From Perna viridis (taxonomy: Eukaryota), in contig CM074511.1 of NCBI GenBank assembly GCA_037379345.1, positions 25,713,171-25,777,170 on the forward strand: a DNA stretch of 64,000 nucleotides, given 5' to 3'. A program made the translations under genes and the position numbers. Shown one piece after another: positions 11,656 to 24,619 of this stretch. The notes beneath the pieces are model-generated. The model searched no databases. It was not told the origin of the DNA and was given only the letters and a program-made list of their open reading frames with translations. How positions within the stretch are numbered: the stretch's first letter is position 1; every line of letters begins with the position of its first letter.

Positions 11656-13932
11656 TGAATTTAAATATGGTACAGAAAAATGTTATAAATAGCTTAAAAT
11701 AACAAACTGAACTGGAACGCATTATTACCGGCCTTAGTACATAATCATTCTTGCGTAAGAGGAAGCAAATTTTCCAAAGAGGGGAGATTCAATCATCGAA
11801 CCCCTCACCTGGATCCGTCACTGTGTGGTGTAAATATTTTAAACCGCGTTTGACAAGGGACATCTGACTAATCAGATTGTGTGCGTTTGACTGGCATGTC
11901 TGATTTTGACCTTTCCGTTGTTAGATCTCTGTGGTCGCACAAAACCAAATATAGACCATTTGACAGAAGAACAAACATTTTTTTTAAAACAAAGAGTTGT
12001 CATACAGACATAAACAATGTGTAAGTATAATCTATTAATTTTTGTTTTTAAATGCGGTTTTTATTTATTTTTTTTTTATTTTATTTTTTTTATTTATTTT
12101 TTATTTTTTTGTTGAAATTTAGTGTCAACCGATGTAAATTTTATTACCTATTTTTTTACTTCTTGTTCTCGCTGTGTTTCGGTTTAGTTTTGGCTGTGCT
12201 TTAATCCAATTAACAGGGAGGGGGCAAATTCTAGCTTTCATGTTGTAAAAATGTTCTCGAGGTATTTGCAAAGCATGATATTCAGAATTTCACATTGATA
12301 TACGGAAGTCAGTGATAATGGGTGCATTTCTCAATGTCATAAAAGGTAAGCAGTAACAAATTAATCGGTTGTGGAAAATATGTATTATGCATTTGTCAAT
12401 ACTGAACGATAAGAACCAATAAAAATCAAGAAGTGGGAAGATACGGGAAAAAACTCGCAATACGAAAATAAAGAGATTCAATATGGAAAAAAACAAATAT
12501 GCCAAACAATACGACCAGGCTAAATATTTATTTTCTTCTTCCGGTGACTTGCTTTCGTTATTCGACCACAAATTTGACAATTTCAACAGATATTGCAACT
12601 AGTTCTGGAATAAATTTCGTTCTGGAACAAATTTCTATGAGACAATCATATAAAACTTGAAAATTCTAGCAGTATTTGTGCACCTAGTAAAATTGTGTCT
12701 ATTGTACACGAGTGATAAATAAAGGTGTCATAGAATGTATTTTTTATATATGAAGTGTTGATACGCCCACCCGTACTTCATTTTCTGTATACGCCCCAGC
12801 TCGACCAATGCAATACAACTGTCTTTAGACATATTTCAGAGCCAATATGAAGAAATTTAAACATTCTGCAAATCTTACCGAAGATGTAACCTACTTTTAC
12901 TGTCGACTTACGAAACTAACTGTACGATAGTCACTTTAAGTGCCATTTTTTATAATGAGGAAAAGGGGTGGGCTTGGATTATTTTGAAAAAAAAATTATT
13001 CCAAGATTGAGCTGACAATTTTTTTTAACTTAGCCATGGCCAGAAAATAAATAATTCAATATTTCCCCCATTCCTCCCTCCCAAAAAGCAGCTTTGACTG
13101 CTGCTGAAGAATAATTTTCTAACAATATAAAATGCCAGCCGGGTCGAATCCAGACACTTTGAAAAGGGGGTGCCATCCGAGGTTCCTCCGAAAAAGAGGG
13201 ATGCAAGGACATTATGTGCCACTTTTGGCATCGCCACTGCATATTTCAAAATGTGGTTTGTCATGTTAAGAAATCCAAGATGACAATCGTCTGAAGTCGG
13301 TATAAATTAAAAAAAAAAATGGGGGAATTGTGCAGCTTCCTTATATTGTGTACAAATCAGGTAAATCCAAATGCTTTGAGTTGCCATATTGAAAAATCCA
13401 GAATGGACACCATTCCAAGACAGCCACCAGTCGAAAATTGAATAAGAAACTTAAACAGATCAATAGACGCCGATTTTTTTTTAATGAAACACTAACTTAA
13501 CCACCCAGATCCCTCCTACAATCGGCCCCTTACTGATAACCCTAGAGGGTTATTTGACTATACACGGAATCGGACTGAAAGTTTTTCTGTGAAGTTTGCT
13601 ATATATGTATATATTTAATCAACCTGGTTGTTACTTCCATAAGCTATGTACCCGGCACATTCCAAGTAATCGCGGTCCTAACGTTGGGTTTATAGACAAT
13701 ATATAGACCAATTGACTTTTAGACATGTGCAATGTAGTCTAAAAACTTACCAAAAAACAAACAACAACAAAAAACCCAGAAACCTGCCCCCCCTCCCAAA
13801 GAAAAAATAAGAAAATAAATAAAAATAATAATAATAATAAATAAAAACAGTAAATGGACAAAATAATTTAACACATTTAATATAGTTGTACTTATTTATA
13901 CTGAATTTTAAATTGCAGATATTTGTTTGAAG

Positions 13933-15777
13933 ATGAGACATTTTTGCTCATTGATAATCATTTTCAAAGTGACCTTTTCAATAGAATCTGGTTGGAAAGA
14001 TGGGAAATGTGGTCCGTGCTTCTGCCAGCAAGACAATGACAAATATGGAAAAGCAGAGCAAACGGTCAACTGCTCAAGCCTCGATTTGACATTAATTCCA
14101 CAGAACCTACCAACGACAATTCATGTCCTCGACCTATCGGGAAATAAACTTCGAAACACACAGAATTTAGTTGGTTTAAAAAGATATGGTGACCGCCTCT
14201 TTTATCTGTCTCTTGCTAATAATGAGATATCACAATTAGATCCGTCTATTTTCTCTTTCGTTAGAGATTTAGAAGAACTTGATTTATCGGGAAACATACT
14301 TAACTCGGTCGATGCAGAAGATTTCAAGAAATTAAACTTGTTAAAACTGATTGGAATGCACGCCAAAACGTATCGTAATCGTTTTGTTGGCTTAGAAGTT
14401 CTTTCAATTACATATGGAAACAATGTTATTTCTAAAGACATATTTGACAAGTTGCAAGTGTTTCAACTAAGTGTAAGTTTTACTACGGCGAAGCGACTCC
14501 CTTCTTCAATATTCAAGTTTGGTTCAAATACGTTAACAACGCTCTCTATAATTGCCCCAAGCCTGTTGGAACTACCTGGAGATATTTTCAAAGGATTGTC
14601 GGTGCTGAAAACATTATATATTGATGGTGAAAGCATTCGCTGGGTTCCCGACACTCTCTTCTTCAAGCCATCTGTTGAAAATATGCCGATACATCTGTAC
14701 AGTCTAACGTTAAAAGGAATACATTCCGTCCCACGAGATCTGTTGAAAAACCAACAAAGTCTAAGGCTCGCAAAGTTACAATATATTATGGATATGCCGC
14801 CTCTCAATTTACCATCTCAGCTCGACAGTCTTGATTTTAGAGATAGTAATGTATTTTCGGTACCACCCAAAACTTACTTAAAACTTAGTAATCTTCGGCA
14901 ACTGGTCTTGAGCAATGCTTCTCTGTCTACTTTAGAAGAAATGTCTTTCTATGGCCTGTCCTCGTTGTCGTTTCTTGATTTATCGAAAAACAAATTATCA
15001 TCTCTTCCGAATGGTTTGTTCCTATCATGCATTCATAGCCTTGAAGTTCTAGACTTAAGTCATAACATTATATCCAACGTAGCTAAGTCGTATTTTAGCT
15101 CCGTCAGTTCACTGCAAGTGCTAGACCTTGGTTTCAATATGATTGAAACAATTGACAACAATGCCTTTGAAAATTTAAACATGCTCACCAATTTGAAATT
15201 GACCGAAAATTCTATAACGCTACTACCGGAAACACTATTTAAGAACGTCTTTTCTCTGAAAACTATCAATCTTAATCAGAATAAAATTAGTAAGATACCG
15301 GGAAACATATTCAAGCATTCACGCCACCTCCTAAATGTAAATCTGGAAGATAATCCGTTGTTTTGCGATTGCAACATCACGCAGATAAAACAAATTGGAA
15401 AGTACGTAGAGATCACCGGACTTTGTAGTGGACCTTCCGCGTACAAAGGGATATCTGTCAGTAACTTCGAACAGGACCCTAAAACATGTGCAAAAAACTT
15501 GGATGCAGTTACGACTAAGAATCCCGTGGAAGAAGAAGCTACGTCTTGTTTTAACTCCACTGTTCCTATGAAAGAAAACACCAACAATGAATGTAGAGAA
15601 AACGAAACACTTGTTTTCCTGTTATATATATCTCTGACTATAATATTGATTACTGTTATTGTGTCTACTTTTATGCTGATTCGTAGGATGCTTTGGAGAC
15701 TACGTCAAAGAGGTGACTATGTTCTTCCTCCTCCCAAACGAGTACCGTTTTCTTTCAGTTTTAATAAGGAATCTTAA
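13933..15777 (+). CDS. Leucine-rich repeat transmembrane protein without TIR domain (LRRNT, LRRs, LRRCT, TM, short tail), 614 aa
   Basis: ATG at 13933 follows a ttgcag acceptor (13918). Signal peptide MRHFCSLIIIF; LRRNT (CGPCFC...VNCSSLDLTLIP); many LxxLDLSxNxL repeats; LRRCT NPLFCDC; TM LVFLLYISLTIILITVIVSTFMLI; tail of about 30 aa. Confidence 0.9.
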   Translation: MRHFCSLIIIFKVTFSIESGWKDGKCGPCFCQQDNDKYGKAEQTVNCSSLDLTLIPQNLPTTIHVLDLSGNKLRNTQNLVGLKRYGDRLFYLSLANNEISQLDPSIFSFVRDLEELDLSGNILNSVDAEDFKKLNLLKLIGMHAKTYRNRFVGLEVLSITYGNNVISKDIFDKLQVFQLSVSFTTAKRLPSSIFKFGSNTLTTLSIIAPSLLELPGDIFKGLSVLKTLYIDGESIRWVPDTLFFKPSVENMPIHLYSLTLKGIHSVPRDLLKNQQSLRLAKLQYIMDMPPLNLPSQLDSLDFRDSNVFSVPPKTYLKLSNLRQLVLSNASLSTLEEMSFYGLSSLSFLDLSKNKLSSLPNGLFLSCIHSLEVLDLSHNIISNVAKSYFSSVSSLQVLDLGFNMIETIDNNAFENLNMLTNLKLTENSITLLPETLFKNVFSLKTINLNQNKISKIPGNIFKHSRHLLNVNLEDNPLFCDCNITQIKQIGKYVEITGLCSGPSAYKGISVSNFEQDPKTCAKNLDAVTTKNPVEEEATSCFNSTVPMKENTNNECRENETLVFLLYISLTIILITVIVSTFMLIRRMLWRLRQRGDYVLPPPKRVPFSFSFNKES

Positions 15778-17624
15778 TGCAATCATCGGAAGACAAACTG
15801 CCAGTGTGACCCTACTTCGATTATTTCTCTCCCGTGTCTTGTCACATCATTTTTATGTATACTGTAGGATTTATTGTTTAATATGAAATCACCGTGTAAA
15901 AATTCTTAAGGAAAAACGAAGAACAAAACTGTCAGACGAAAAGAACAAAACGATGAAAAAAGTGCTATTACATTCAAGGACTTTTTGCCGCTATCAATGA
16001 AACTAGCTTATCATTGAAGACACGGACAAGTAAAAGATTAACGAAAAATAACTATTTCATTCCACTTACATTACAAAAAGGAATGATAACAATATGAATT
16101 TAAATTAATATACAAAATATAGTTACCTTTTTTTCTAGTGAAATCTCTGGTTTTTACACAGAAAAGAGGTGCGTTCATTTTGTATTTCCTGGGTTGTGTT
16201 TAAAATGATAAGTAATTTAATTCCGATTTTTTTTTCTTCTTACCGGTTTGCCTTTCTCATTTACACACTTAATTACTTCCGGTGCAGAAAAGCAGACGAA
16301 AAAAATCTTGACTTGTTGAGTAAAAGGTCATGATGGTTTGTAGATAAATGCTCTTAACTCATTGTTTGTGAACATTACTGATGAAAGGCTTTGAATCTCG
16401 TAGATTTACGTGTGACCGATACTTTTGGCACGTGTGTCGTTATTGTCATTGTATAATATACGAATGTTTAGCAATAGCCACATACTGCAACTGATTATCT
16501 GATATTCATTACCGTGCAAAAAGTAGCTGCGAATGTATAGCCTTTGAGACCAAAAGGTCACTCGTCTATTATGTTTTTGTTATTTACTAGTTGCGAAATC
16601 ACACAATATTAAAAATATTACCGGCAGTATGTACGATTTCGCAGCTATAAAAAATTGTCAAAAAGATGCTTGATATGCAAGAAAATTTTTTACCCCCTTT
16701 TCGTGAATTTACTGATATAGCAACTAAGTCCGTACACAGCCAGAAAGAGTTTATTTTGTATTTCCTATGATGTTTTTATACTTTATTAAGCAGATGAGTT
16801 AAGTTGCACATGTAAAACTTGTGGCACTAAGGACGCAAACATACACGGATGTCTCCCGAGAAGATGGGATGAGTTTCATATATGTTACAATCATTCTTCA
16901 GTTATTAAAACTAAATTATATATAAATGATTCTTAATTCCATACACCATTCCTTTAAAAAGTTCCGTATAGGCAAAGTTAACATATTAGGGCACTTGTTT
17001 ACTGTCATAAACCAAGGCAGTTGGGGGCCTGATTTTTGTAAGAGATAAATATTCAAAGACCATAGGGGAGACTGGTATACAGGAAGAAGGTTAAAAAAAT
17101 CCCGACCTCAAGTACTTATAGATGTTATAAACTGCGAATATGAGGGTTCAGGAAAGCTTTAAATTAATTTATTAGTGACATATACTTTTGTGGATTTGTT
17201 TAATTACAAATTCTTGTTGTTGTGAAATTATTTTTTTCTGGACATTCTTTCATTTTCAAACACAACGTGTACCCCGGGTACCTATAAAATGCGAAAGGAA
17301 ACGAAATATATAAATTGCGAAACGAAACTATAAAGTACGAAACGAAAAGAAGAAAAAAAATCATTCGTCACCATCATTTTGTCATGTAAGAGTTGAAACG
17401 TGTTTCGTATAATTTTTGTAATAAGCAGTGTAGTGAATAGAGATGTCACATTCTGAGACGTTGTATAATATTGATTTGTTGTGACATGCATCATTAATTT
17501 GATCCTCTATCCTACAAAATAATACCTAGATGAACTGTCCCGTAGTACCATACATAGTGTATTAAGTTACAGTCCAAGATTAATTCTACGAGGAGAAATG
17601 AGCCCAGGGTTCGACATTAACGGT

Positions 17625-18292
17625 TGCCCGATTGCCCGGGGCAAGTAAAAACGACATCAAAGTTGCCTGACTGGGCAAGTGAAAAAAATATGTGCCCAAA
17701 TTACATTATTTCTGATCATCGCAGCTCTAAAACATCGAAAATTACATCTGTATAGTTCGCTGTTCTTCCCGACCTTGCTGACCTAGATTATCATTGGATA
17801 GTTTTCTGATTTTCCCTTTGCCAAAAATAAATCGTATGATATTAATGTCGACCAATCGGATGCGTCCAATTGTACATCTATTTTCGTTATCCAATTGAAT
17901 ATCGCAATTTATTTATGGTATTTCTTACTTTGGAAAACTGTAAGAAATCTGTATCGAAAACTTCGAAAATATGAGAGAAAAAGAGAAATAAAATTCTATT
18001 GAAGATAGTTATTGTTGTCCATTTGTTAAACTAAAGATGTGAAATAAAAACTCCTCACACGAATACTTGTAATTTCTTTGCTTCTTGTTTTACCCCTTAT
18101 TCCCGCAAAAAATATGACGGCTTTTCGATTTATTTGGCTTGTAATTAATCAGTTCTCCCCAAGTGTCGAGGGAGTAAACACTATATAGTGACACAAAGTT
18201 CCGGGCAAGTATTTCAATATTTCGGGCAAGTGAATCACATATGTCACTTGCCCGACTGGACAAGTGAATATAAAAGTTAACGTCGAACCCTG
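17625..18292. mobile_element. MITE with 17 bp TIRs and 5 bp TSD (hAT-like termini)
   Basis: TIRs cagggttcgacattaac / gttaacgtcgaaccctg; GAGCC on both flanks (17620-17624 and 18293-18297); subterminal ttgccc/gggcaagt repeats. Confidence 0.85.
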
Positions 18293-18499
18293 GAGCCGGT
18301 CAGCGAAAGCTATATTTTATATAGCCTAGCTGGCCGAGTGGTCTAGGGCTCTGGACTTCGCAAATTTGACAGTTCTAACATTGTTGGGAATTTTTCAGAC
18401 CCTTCTATAAGTTTACGTTATCTTACCTGTATCAATTTGATCCGATGGAGCAGTGTAGCGAATAGAGTCGTCACATTCTGATATATATATCTAAACTAC

Positions 18500-18700
18500 A
18501 CCCCAACTCTAGAATCAATGCGAGGTTGCAAATTTGTGATGCAAATTTGGTCATTCCCTCAGCGGGATTCGAACCCCTTCTCTTCTCTGACATCTATGGC
18601 AACACCGTCTGCACGAAGTCCAACGCTCTAGACCACTTGGCCAACTTGGCTATAATAAAAATATAGCTTCCGTTAACCAAGTGATACTGCCTCGTAAGTA
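18500..18700 (-). mobile_element. tRNA-derived (SINE-like) repeat; a partial inverted copy lies at about 18298-18362
   Basis: On the minus strand: A-box TGGCCAAGTGG and B-box GGTTCGAATCC with non-tRNA spacing. The plus-strand copy reads tggccgagtggtctagggctctggacttcg. Confidence 0.6.
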
Positions 18701-18762
18701 AATCTAGAGCACGAACAATAGCACAATATGTAACTGAACAGGACAACCTCTGATGGTATCGA

Positions 18763-18763
<1 letters not shown>

Positions 18764-18832
<69 letters not shown>
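18764..18832. repeat. (TA)n microsatellite
   Basis: About 34 uninterrupted TA units. Confidence 0.98.
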
Positions 18833-18834
<2 letters not shown>

Positions 18835-18959
18835 TTGTTGTACTAGTTTAAAAAGGAGGCATCATCACTAGGAATACTCAGTCAGTTGTATATCATCGGT
18901 TTTGGATATTTACATGTAACATCCAGAATTATGGATGGCATTAGGGCTATGGTTCCTAC

Positions 18960-19500
18960 GCTGCAATATATCTGAATTTGAACCAGACATCAAAGCTTCT
19001 GCTTACAGAACCATGGTTAGACCCAAACTTGAATATGCAGCCACAATTTGGGATCCCTATTAACAGTCTCACATGCAGTCACCAGGGAATGTGCAACGAA
19101 ATGCAGCAAGATACGTCATGAGCAATTACTACGACAGAACTCCTGGCTAGGTTACATCAATGCTAAATGAGCTACAATGGGAAACCTAGAAGAATGCCGA
19201 CTAAGATCCATGCTAGTCATGATGTATAAAATCAACCATGACATGATAAATATACCAGCTGCATCTACCTAACAACACTGAGGTAGTGCCAGAACTCGAA
19301 GAAACAGCAACTACAGAAAATTGCACACCAACCGAGGCACCTACAAATTCTCGTTCTTTCTAGAATCACCAGGGACTGGAACAGCCTTCCAGACAGTGCC
19401 AAACATGCTAGTACCATCGAGGCATTCAAGGGGCAGCTAACCAACACCATAGCTGCCTCACCAGCCATAGACAGCAAGTGGCCATGTTTTTAACCTGTAA
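18960..19500 (+). mobile_element. Degenerate 3' fragment of a CR1/L2-clade LINE ORF2
   Basis: Reads KASAYRTMVRPKLEYAATIWDPY*, VQRNAARYVMSNY and VTSMLNELQWET, with stops and frameshifts. Confidence 0.75.
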
Positions 19501-21162
19501 TTAAAGAAAAATATTTGGTTTTAAAGTTGTAAATATGTGGCTTTTAGCTGTGTCCTGGGTGCTACATTATATTTATTCTGTAAATGAGAAGAAGACATTC
19601 ACTCTGCTATGGTCTTGAAAAAGAGTAGTCCATACTTACATACATACATATATATATGTACACGTTAATCTTGGATAATACTTTTTTTTGATTTTTTATC
19701 GCCGTATACATCTAAAGATTTATTTCAAGCAGATATGTGTATATAGTTACAATTCACGTATATTCATTTTCTCTGTTCCGTTTCGTTTCACATTTTTCAG
19801 TTTCGTTTCGAAATTTATAGATTTCGTTTCGCATTTTATAGATACCCCATTAAAAGGCAGTGTATCAGGAACATTTCAGTAATTAAGTCCAGAGCAAAAT
19901 TAAATTTCAACTACATTGTACTAAGGAAGTTTTATTGATATTTATAAGCAGCTGCTATTTACTTTTTACAAACACTGTGTGTCTGGCAATATTTTGTTTG
20001 ATTTCAAAATGGGATTAACTTTTGGTACGGTGCATATTAGTTAAATACTAAGTACATTCATGAGATATTACTAAGTATTAGTTAACACTCTGGAAATTTT
20101 GTGTCATTGTCTCTTTAAAAAAAACAGTTTTAGGTAACCAAAAAGGCAAACCCATTGATTTCTTTACTAGATATTCTTGAATTGTGGAAATTGGAAGTGC
20201 ATACGTTTATAGATATTTAACTATTAGTTTTTATCGAAATTCTTGGTTTTTAAATGCAAAAATGAATAAAAATGAGATTTATGACAGGACTCTTTAGGTG
20301 ACAGAAATTATGTACACTACATGTAAGTTTCATAAAATATATGGAACTCATACACCTCATAACAAATTACTACAGGAAGTACAAATGCGTAGAGGTTCAA
20401 GTGTAACTGAAAAGGCCGATATTGGAAATGCTTATATTTTTGTTTTTGTTCTTTTAGATTCCGTAGTTTGATGCAAAAAAGCTACCTGGTGTGGAGAGAA
20501 TCCAAGTCGATGAAGACTGAAACATTGAGATAGCTTTATGCATGTTTACTTTCAAATATATCACATCAGTAATTCTCCCTAATCTTTGAATCCACTATAT
20601 CCACCAAATTTTAACTAGAATCTTTAAATCCAACAAAAATTAGACTTTGTCCGTTTTGTTTAAGAAACGACATAATTACATCTAACACCTTATAGGTCGT
20701 CGAAACTGGTTGTAAAATACTCATCAATTGCTCAATCCAGTCACTGCATGTAATGACTGAACGGAATAATTGATATGTCTAATTATAATAGATCGTAAAT
20801 TACCAGAAAAAAATATACTAGTAGGGTTTCTTTTTTGTGGTAATATGTAGACACGTGTAAGCATCTTGAATCAGTAGGAAATGTTTTACATCGGCAAAAC
20901 GCGACCAGAGATGATTCTACAACACTCAAGCAGTAACGTAACGCGAGAGGTCCGGGGTTGCAATGCCACTTCTTGGAAAATTTGACAAAATTGAACAAAT
21001 CACAATATCTTATGTACCACCTTCTCCTTATCTGGATCCTCGCTTACATACTTTTAGAGCCGTGCAGTCCATTTACATATATTTTAATATCTCAATCTCT
21101 GCCATTATTAGAATGTGTCTACAATTAAAATAATGTATTTCTTCTCTTTTCAGGGTATCAAC

Positions 21163-23202
21163 ATGTTCCTTTGTGTTGTAGTCTTTGTAGCTCTCATCCC
21201 AGTTGTATTCAGTTTGAAATGTTCGAATTGTCAACCGTGTGAATGTGGAAAAATACAAATTTCAGCTAGGTATTACTGTTTCGCCGATTGCTCAAACCGT
21301 AGTCTGTATGATATTCCGGAAACAGTGCCACGTGATGTAGAGATTTTTGATTTATCACATAACTATCTTGATGGCGATGATATTGAACAGCTTCTAGGAT
21401 TTGAAGATTTCATAGTAGATCTCAGACTGTCTTATAATAACATCACCCATGTATCTGATAAAACATTTTCGACTACTTCTGAACTTCGCGAGCTGTCGTT
21501 GGAAGGCAACATCATCGACCACGTGACAAAGGAAACATTTGGTCATCTAAAACAGCTTAGAAAACTCAATGGAATCAGATCACATAAATTTGGTGACCAT
21601 TCTTTCGATAATCTTAAAGGTCTTGACTTTCTATCAATTGTTATTGAGAGTCATACAGTCCCAGAAATCATTTTCAGGTCTTTGAAGTTAAAAACTCTAT
21701 ATCTTGAATTCACAACTGCTACTTCCATACCCACGAAGATATTTAGTTTCGGGACAGACACCTTACTTGAAATTCATCTGAATGTACCAAACGTTACTAC
21801 ACTACACGAAGACACTTTCAGTGGACTAACCATCTTAAAATCTCTAGTTATAAGGACCAAAAATATGCATACACTACCACAGTATATATTCCATGCCCGA
21901 AAAATTGACAACAGGGACATGCCGGTTAATTTAAACTCTGTGGTTATAGATGGAGTAAAATCTTTACCGAGGAGTCTTTTCGACAAACAACAAAGTTTGA
22001 AATTCTTATCACTGAACAATATTGAGGACTTGGTACTATCTGGTACAGAATCGCAAGTAGAGACACTCGATTTATCAGGAAGTGGTATATATAAAACAGG
22101 GTCAAATTTTTTGAAAGGTTTTAGAAGTTTGCGATTTTTAAATCTAAGCAGGACCAATCTCGCTATCATGCACAATGAAACGTTTCATTCGCTCTCATCG
22201 TTAGTAGTTTTAGACTTGTCGCACAATAATTTAGAGGATCTACCTCGGGGATTGCTTGATCCAGCAGTAAACACTCTAACTGCTTTAAACATTAGCTATA
22301 ACAAGCTACAGAATATTACGCAGTGGTCATTGGGAGGTGTGAAATCGCTAGAGAAATTGGATCTTAGCCACAACAATATTGACAACATCAACAAGGATGC
22401 ACTTATGTACCAACACATGCTTACCGAAATACTGTTGAGTGACAATGAACTTGTACACTTGTCGCGGGATACTTTAGCTAATCAATCACGGCTAATGGAC
22501 ATGAATGTTGCAAGAAATAAGCTCAAACACCTTCCTCGTGGTTTGTTTAGAAACACTCGCTTTCTAAGGAAGTTGGATATTTCTGGCAATAATATTCAGA
22601 CGTTACCATCTTATCTTTTCGATGGCGTCAGACGTTTGGAGTTTGTATCTTTGGGGAATAATCCTGTTTATTGTGATTGCGAACTAATGGAACTCAATAA
22701 TCAGAGTACCAGGTTAAACCTAGTCGGTCATTGTGAGGAACCACCAGAAATGAAAGGAATGCCTTTAAAAAATCTTAACTTAGATGAAAAGTGCCTTGTG
22801 GTACCCACGACTACACTTTTCTCTTCTTCGGTAATGAAGAGCACTCCATTGTTATCAAGCGAATACCAAGGAATTGTGTCATCAACCGTTTACGAATCCC
22901 AAGCGTCTTCAGAAATCCTACCGACTTCAACTATGTTCGTCTACCCCACGATTATGTATGGTATGAATCATAATACACCAGAACAGGCTCAAGATATTGA
23001 TGATCAGGATTCATTTGTTGGATCAAACGGTTTTTATGTCATGATTGGAAGTATTGCTGCTGTATTTGCCGGGTTGGTTATAGGATTTTTCATCAGAAGA
23101 GGTCGCCGAAACTTGAGAAGTAGAACGTATGATCTCGGAAGGGGTCATCCGGATTTTAATGGCGACAGTACTCTACAAGCGAAGAAACCAAGTGAAAGTT
23201 AA
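21163..23202 (+). CDS. Leucine-rich repeat transmembrane protein without TIR domain, paralogue of 13933-15777, 679 aa
   Basis: ATG at 21163 follows a tctcttttcag acceptor (21153). Signal peptide MFLCVVVFVALIPVVFS; LRRNT; LRRs; LRRCT NPVYCDC; Ser/Thr-rich stalk; TM FYVMIGSIAAVFAGLVIGFFI; short basic tail. Confidence 0.9.
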   Translation: MFLCVVVFVALIPVVFSLKCSNCQPCECGKIQISARYYCFADCSNRSLYDIPETVPRDVEIFDLSHNYLDGDDIEQLLGFEDFIVDLRLSYNNITHVSDKTFSTTSELRELSLEGNIIDHVTKETFGHLKQLRKLNGIRSHKFGDHSFDNLKGLDFLSIVIESHTVPEIIFRSLKLKTLYLEFTTATSIPTKIFSFGTDTLLEIHLNVPNVTTLHEDTFSGLTILKSLVIRTKNMHTLPQYIFHARKIDNRDMPVNLNSVVIDGVKSLPRSLFDKQQSLKFLSLNNIEDLVLSGTESQVETLDLSGSGIYKTGSNFLKGFRSLRFLNLSRTNLAIMHNETFHSLSSLVVLDLSHNNLEDLPRGLLDPAVNTLTALNISYNKLQNITQWSLGGVKSLEKLDLSHNNIDNINKDALMYQHMLTEILLSDNELVHLSRDTLANQSRLMDMNVARNKLKHLPRGLFRNTRFLRKLDISGNNIQTLPSYLFDGVRRLEFVSLGNNPVYCDCELMELNNQSTRLNLVGHCEEPPEMKGMPLKNLNLDEKCLVVPTTTLFSSSVMKSTPLLSSEYQGIVSSTVYESQASSEILPTSTMFVYPTIMYGMNHNTPEQAQDIDDQDSFVGSNGFYVMIGSIAAVFAGLVIGFFIRRGRRNLRSRTYDLGRGHPDFNGDSTLQAKKPSES

Positions 23203-24619
23203 AATGTTTAGTCTTTAGACAATCAAACAGGTGTGGATGTAAGCTAAATTCAAGACCTTAAGGTTTTCAAGTCCGCATTTGCATGAAAGGTCAAAGCCGT
23301 TTATTACAGCATATGTTGGAAGCTGAATAAAGACATTAAACTGCTATGGTGGTCTATATGGTAATATCTTTCTAAATTTTGCTACAAATAAAGCCATTTT
23401 TTTTTTTGGGGGGGGGTTACTTTACTCGATATGGTAGTTAGTATGTTTTAAAGGTAATCAAAATAGCTGTACAATTTTACTTACCTATTTTATTGTTTAT
23501 ATAAGAAGAAAACAGGAAAGTTTTATCCTTTTTATTCGGATTTAAAGGTATATACATTTAGCTTTCAGGAAATGGAGTTAAACTACGTGTGATGTAACAT
23601 TGTAGTTTAGTTTACTATTTAATATTTGAATGCCATTGTACAGGTATAATCATGTTCCAATTTTGCTGTACGTTTCAAAGCAAGTTGCATTGATTTACGT
23701 GAAATCAAGATTAAATTTTAAGTACCTGTCGTAAATTGCTGAAAAATCGCGTGCACACCTAGCTTACATAATTATATTCACTAAAAATGTGAACATTAAC
23801 CCAGATCAGGGACTTTTATCAATATTAGTACACTCCCTGTCCGCAATGACATTTACTTTCAGTCGTTGTGAAATATCGAAATTCAAGTTAAATCAGCATC
23901 AGATTAGTTAGCTTACTAAATATTTGCCATGAAACTATCAAGTTGAAAACTGAGCCCTCTACTGAAAAGCAAACTCAAGTGCAAATGAACACACAAAACT
24001 TTTTTTCACCATTCATGGAAGCGTATTTCATTTTAAAATGTGTTCTCTCGGATAGTATCAAGTAGCATTTTTTTTTCTAAAAATCAGACGGGGAGTGATT
24101 CATGCACGTCAAAAACCTTCCAAATTCACTTTGTAATGTTCAAAAACAAAGACAAAACCCATTCGGTATTCAAAACTACATAGATTTTACATGAAATTGA
24201 CAATTGTTGATTTAAGTGGAAGATGCATGTAACGTTGCCTCCAAAGTACAGTTATGCATGCAGAAAAGCTATAGTTAGTTAAAATATGATCAAGGTAAAT
24301 TGATAAAAAAAAACATTGTAAGTTCGTTGGTTTTTTCCTGCAGCTTTAATCGCCCGTAACATTTGCAGTGATTTTTTTACATTATCCAGAACATTTTTCG
24401 TATCTCTTTCGCTTGAGCGTTTGCAATCAAGTCAAGTCATTATTTTACTACTTTTCTCTTCTAAACATGACTTTTTTTATTGTTGACCGTAACTATTCAA
24501 AAGAGAGGTTCGGCGTGGCGAACTCTCCAGCTTTTCACCAGATTGTTTATATTACACCGCAGAAAATTTAACCGAAATGGCCAAGGTAGATGTATCATCG
24601 ATATTTCCACTAGAAATAT

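Larger units (their letters stand above)
17276..19847. mobile_element. Non-autonomous TIR element with CGAAA subterminal repeats, hosting nested insertions
   Basis: Left end gggtacctataaaatgcgaaa... matches the reverse complement of the right end (...tttcgcattttatagataccc). No clear TSD, so two independent end fragments are also possible. Confidence 0.55.

Noticed and set aside
18540-18655. Possible tRNA gene
   Set aside because: A and B boxes are present, but I cannot fold a cloverleaf, and it sits in a repeated element; treated as SINE-like.
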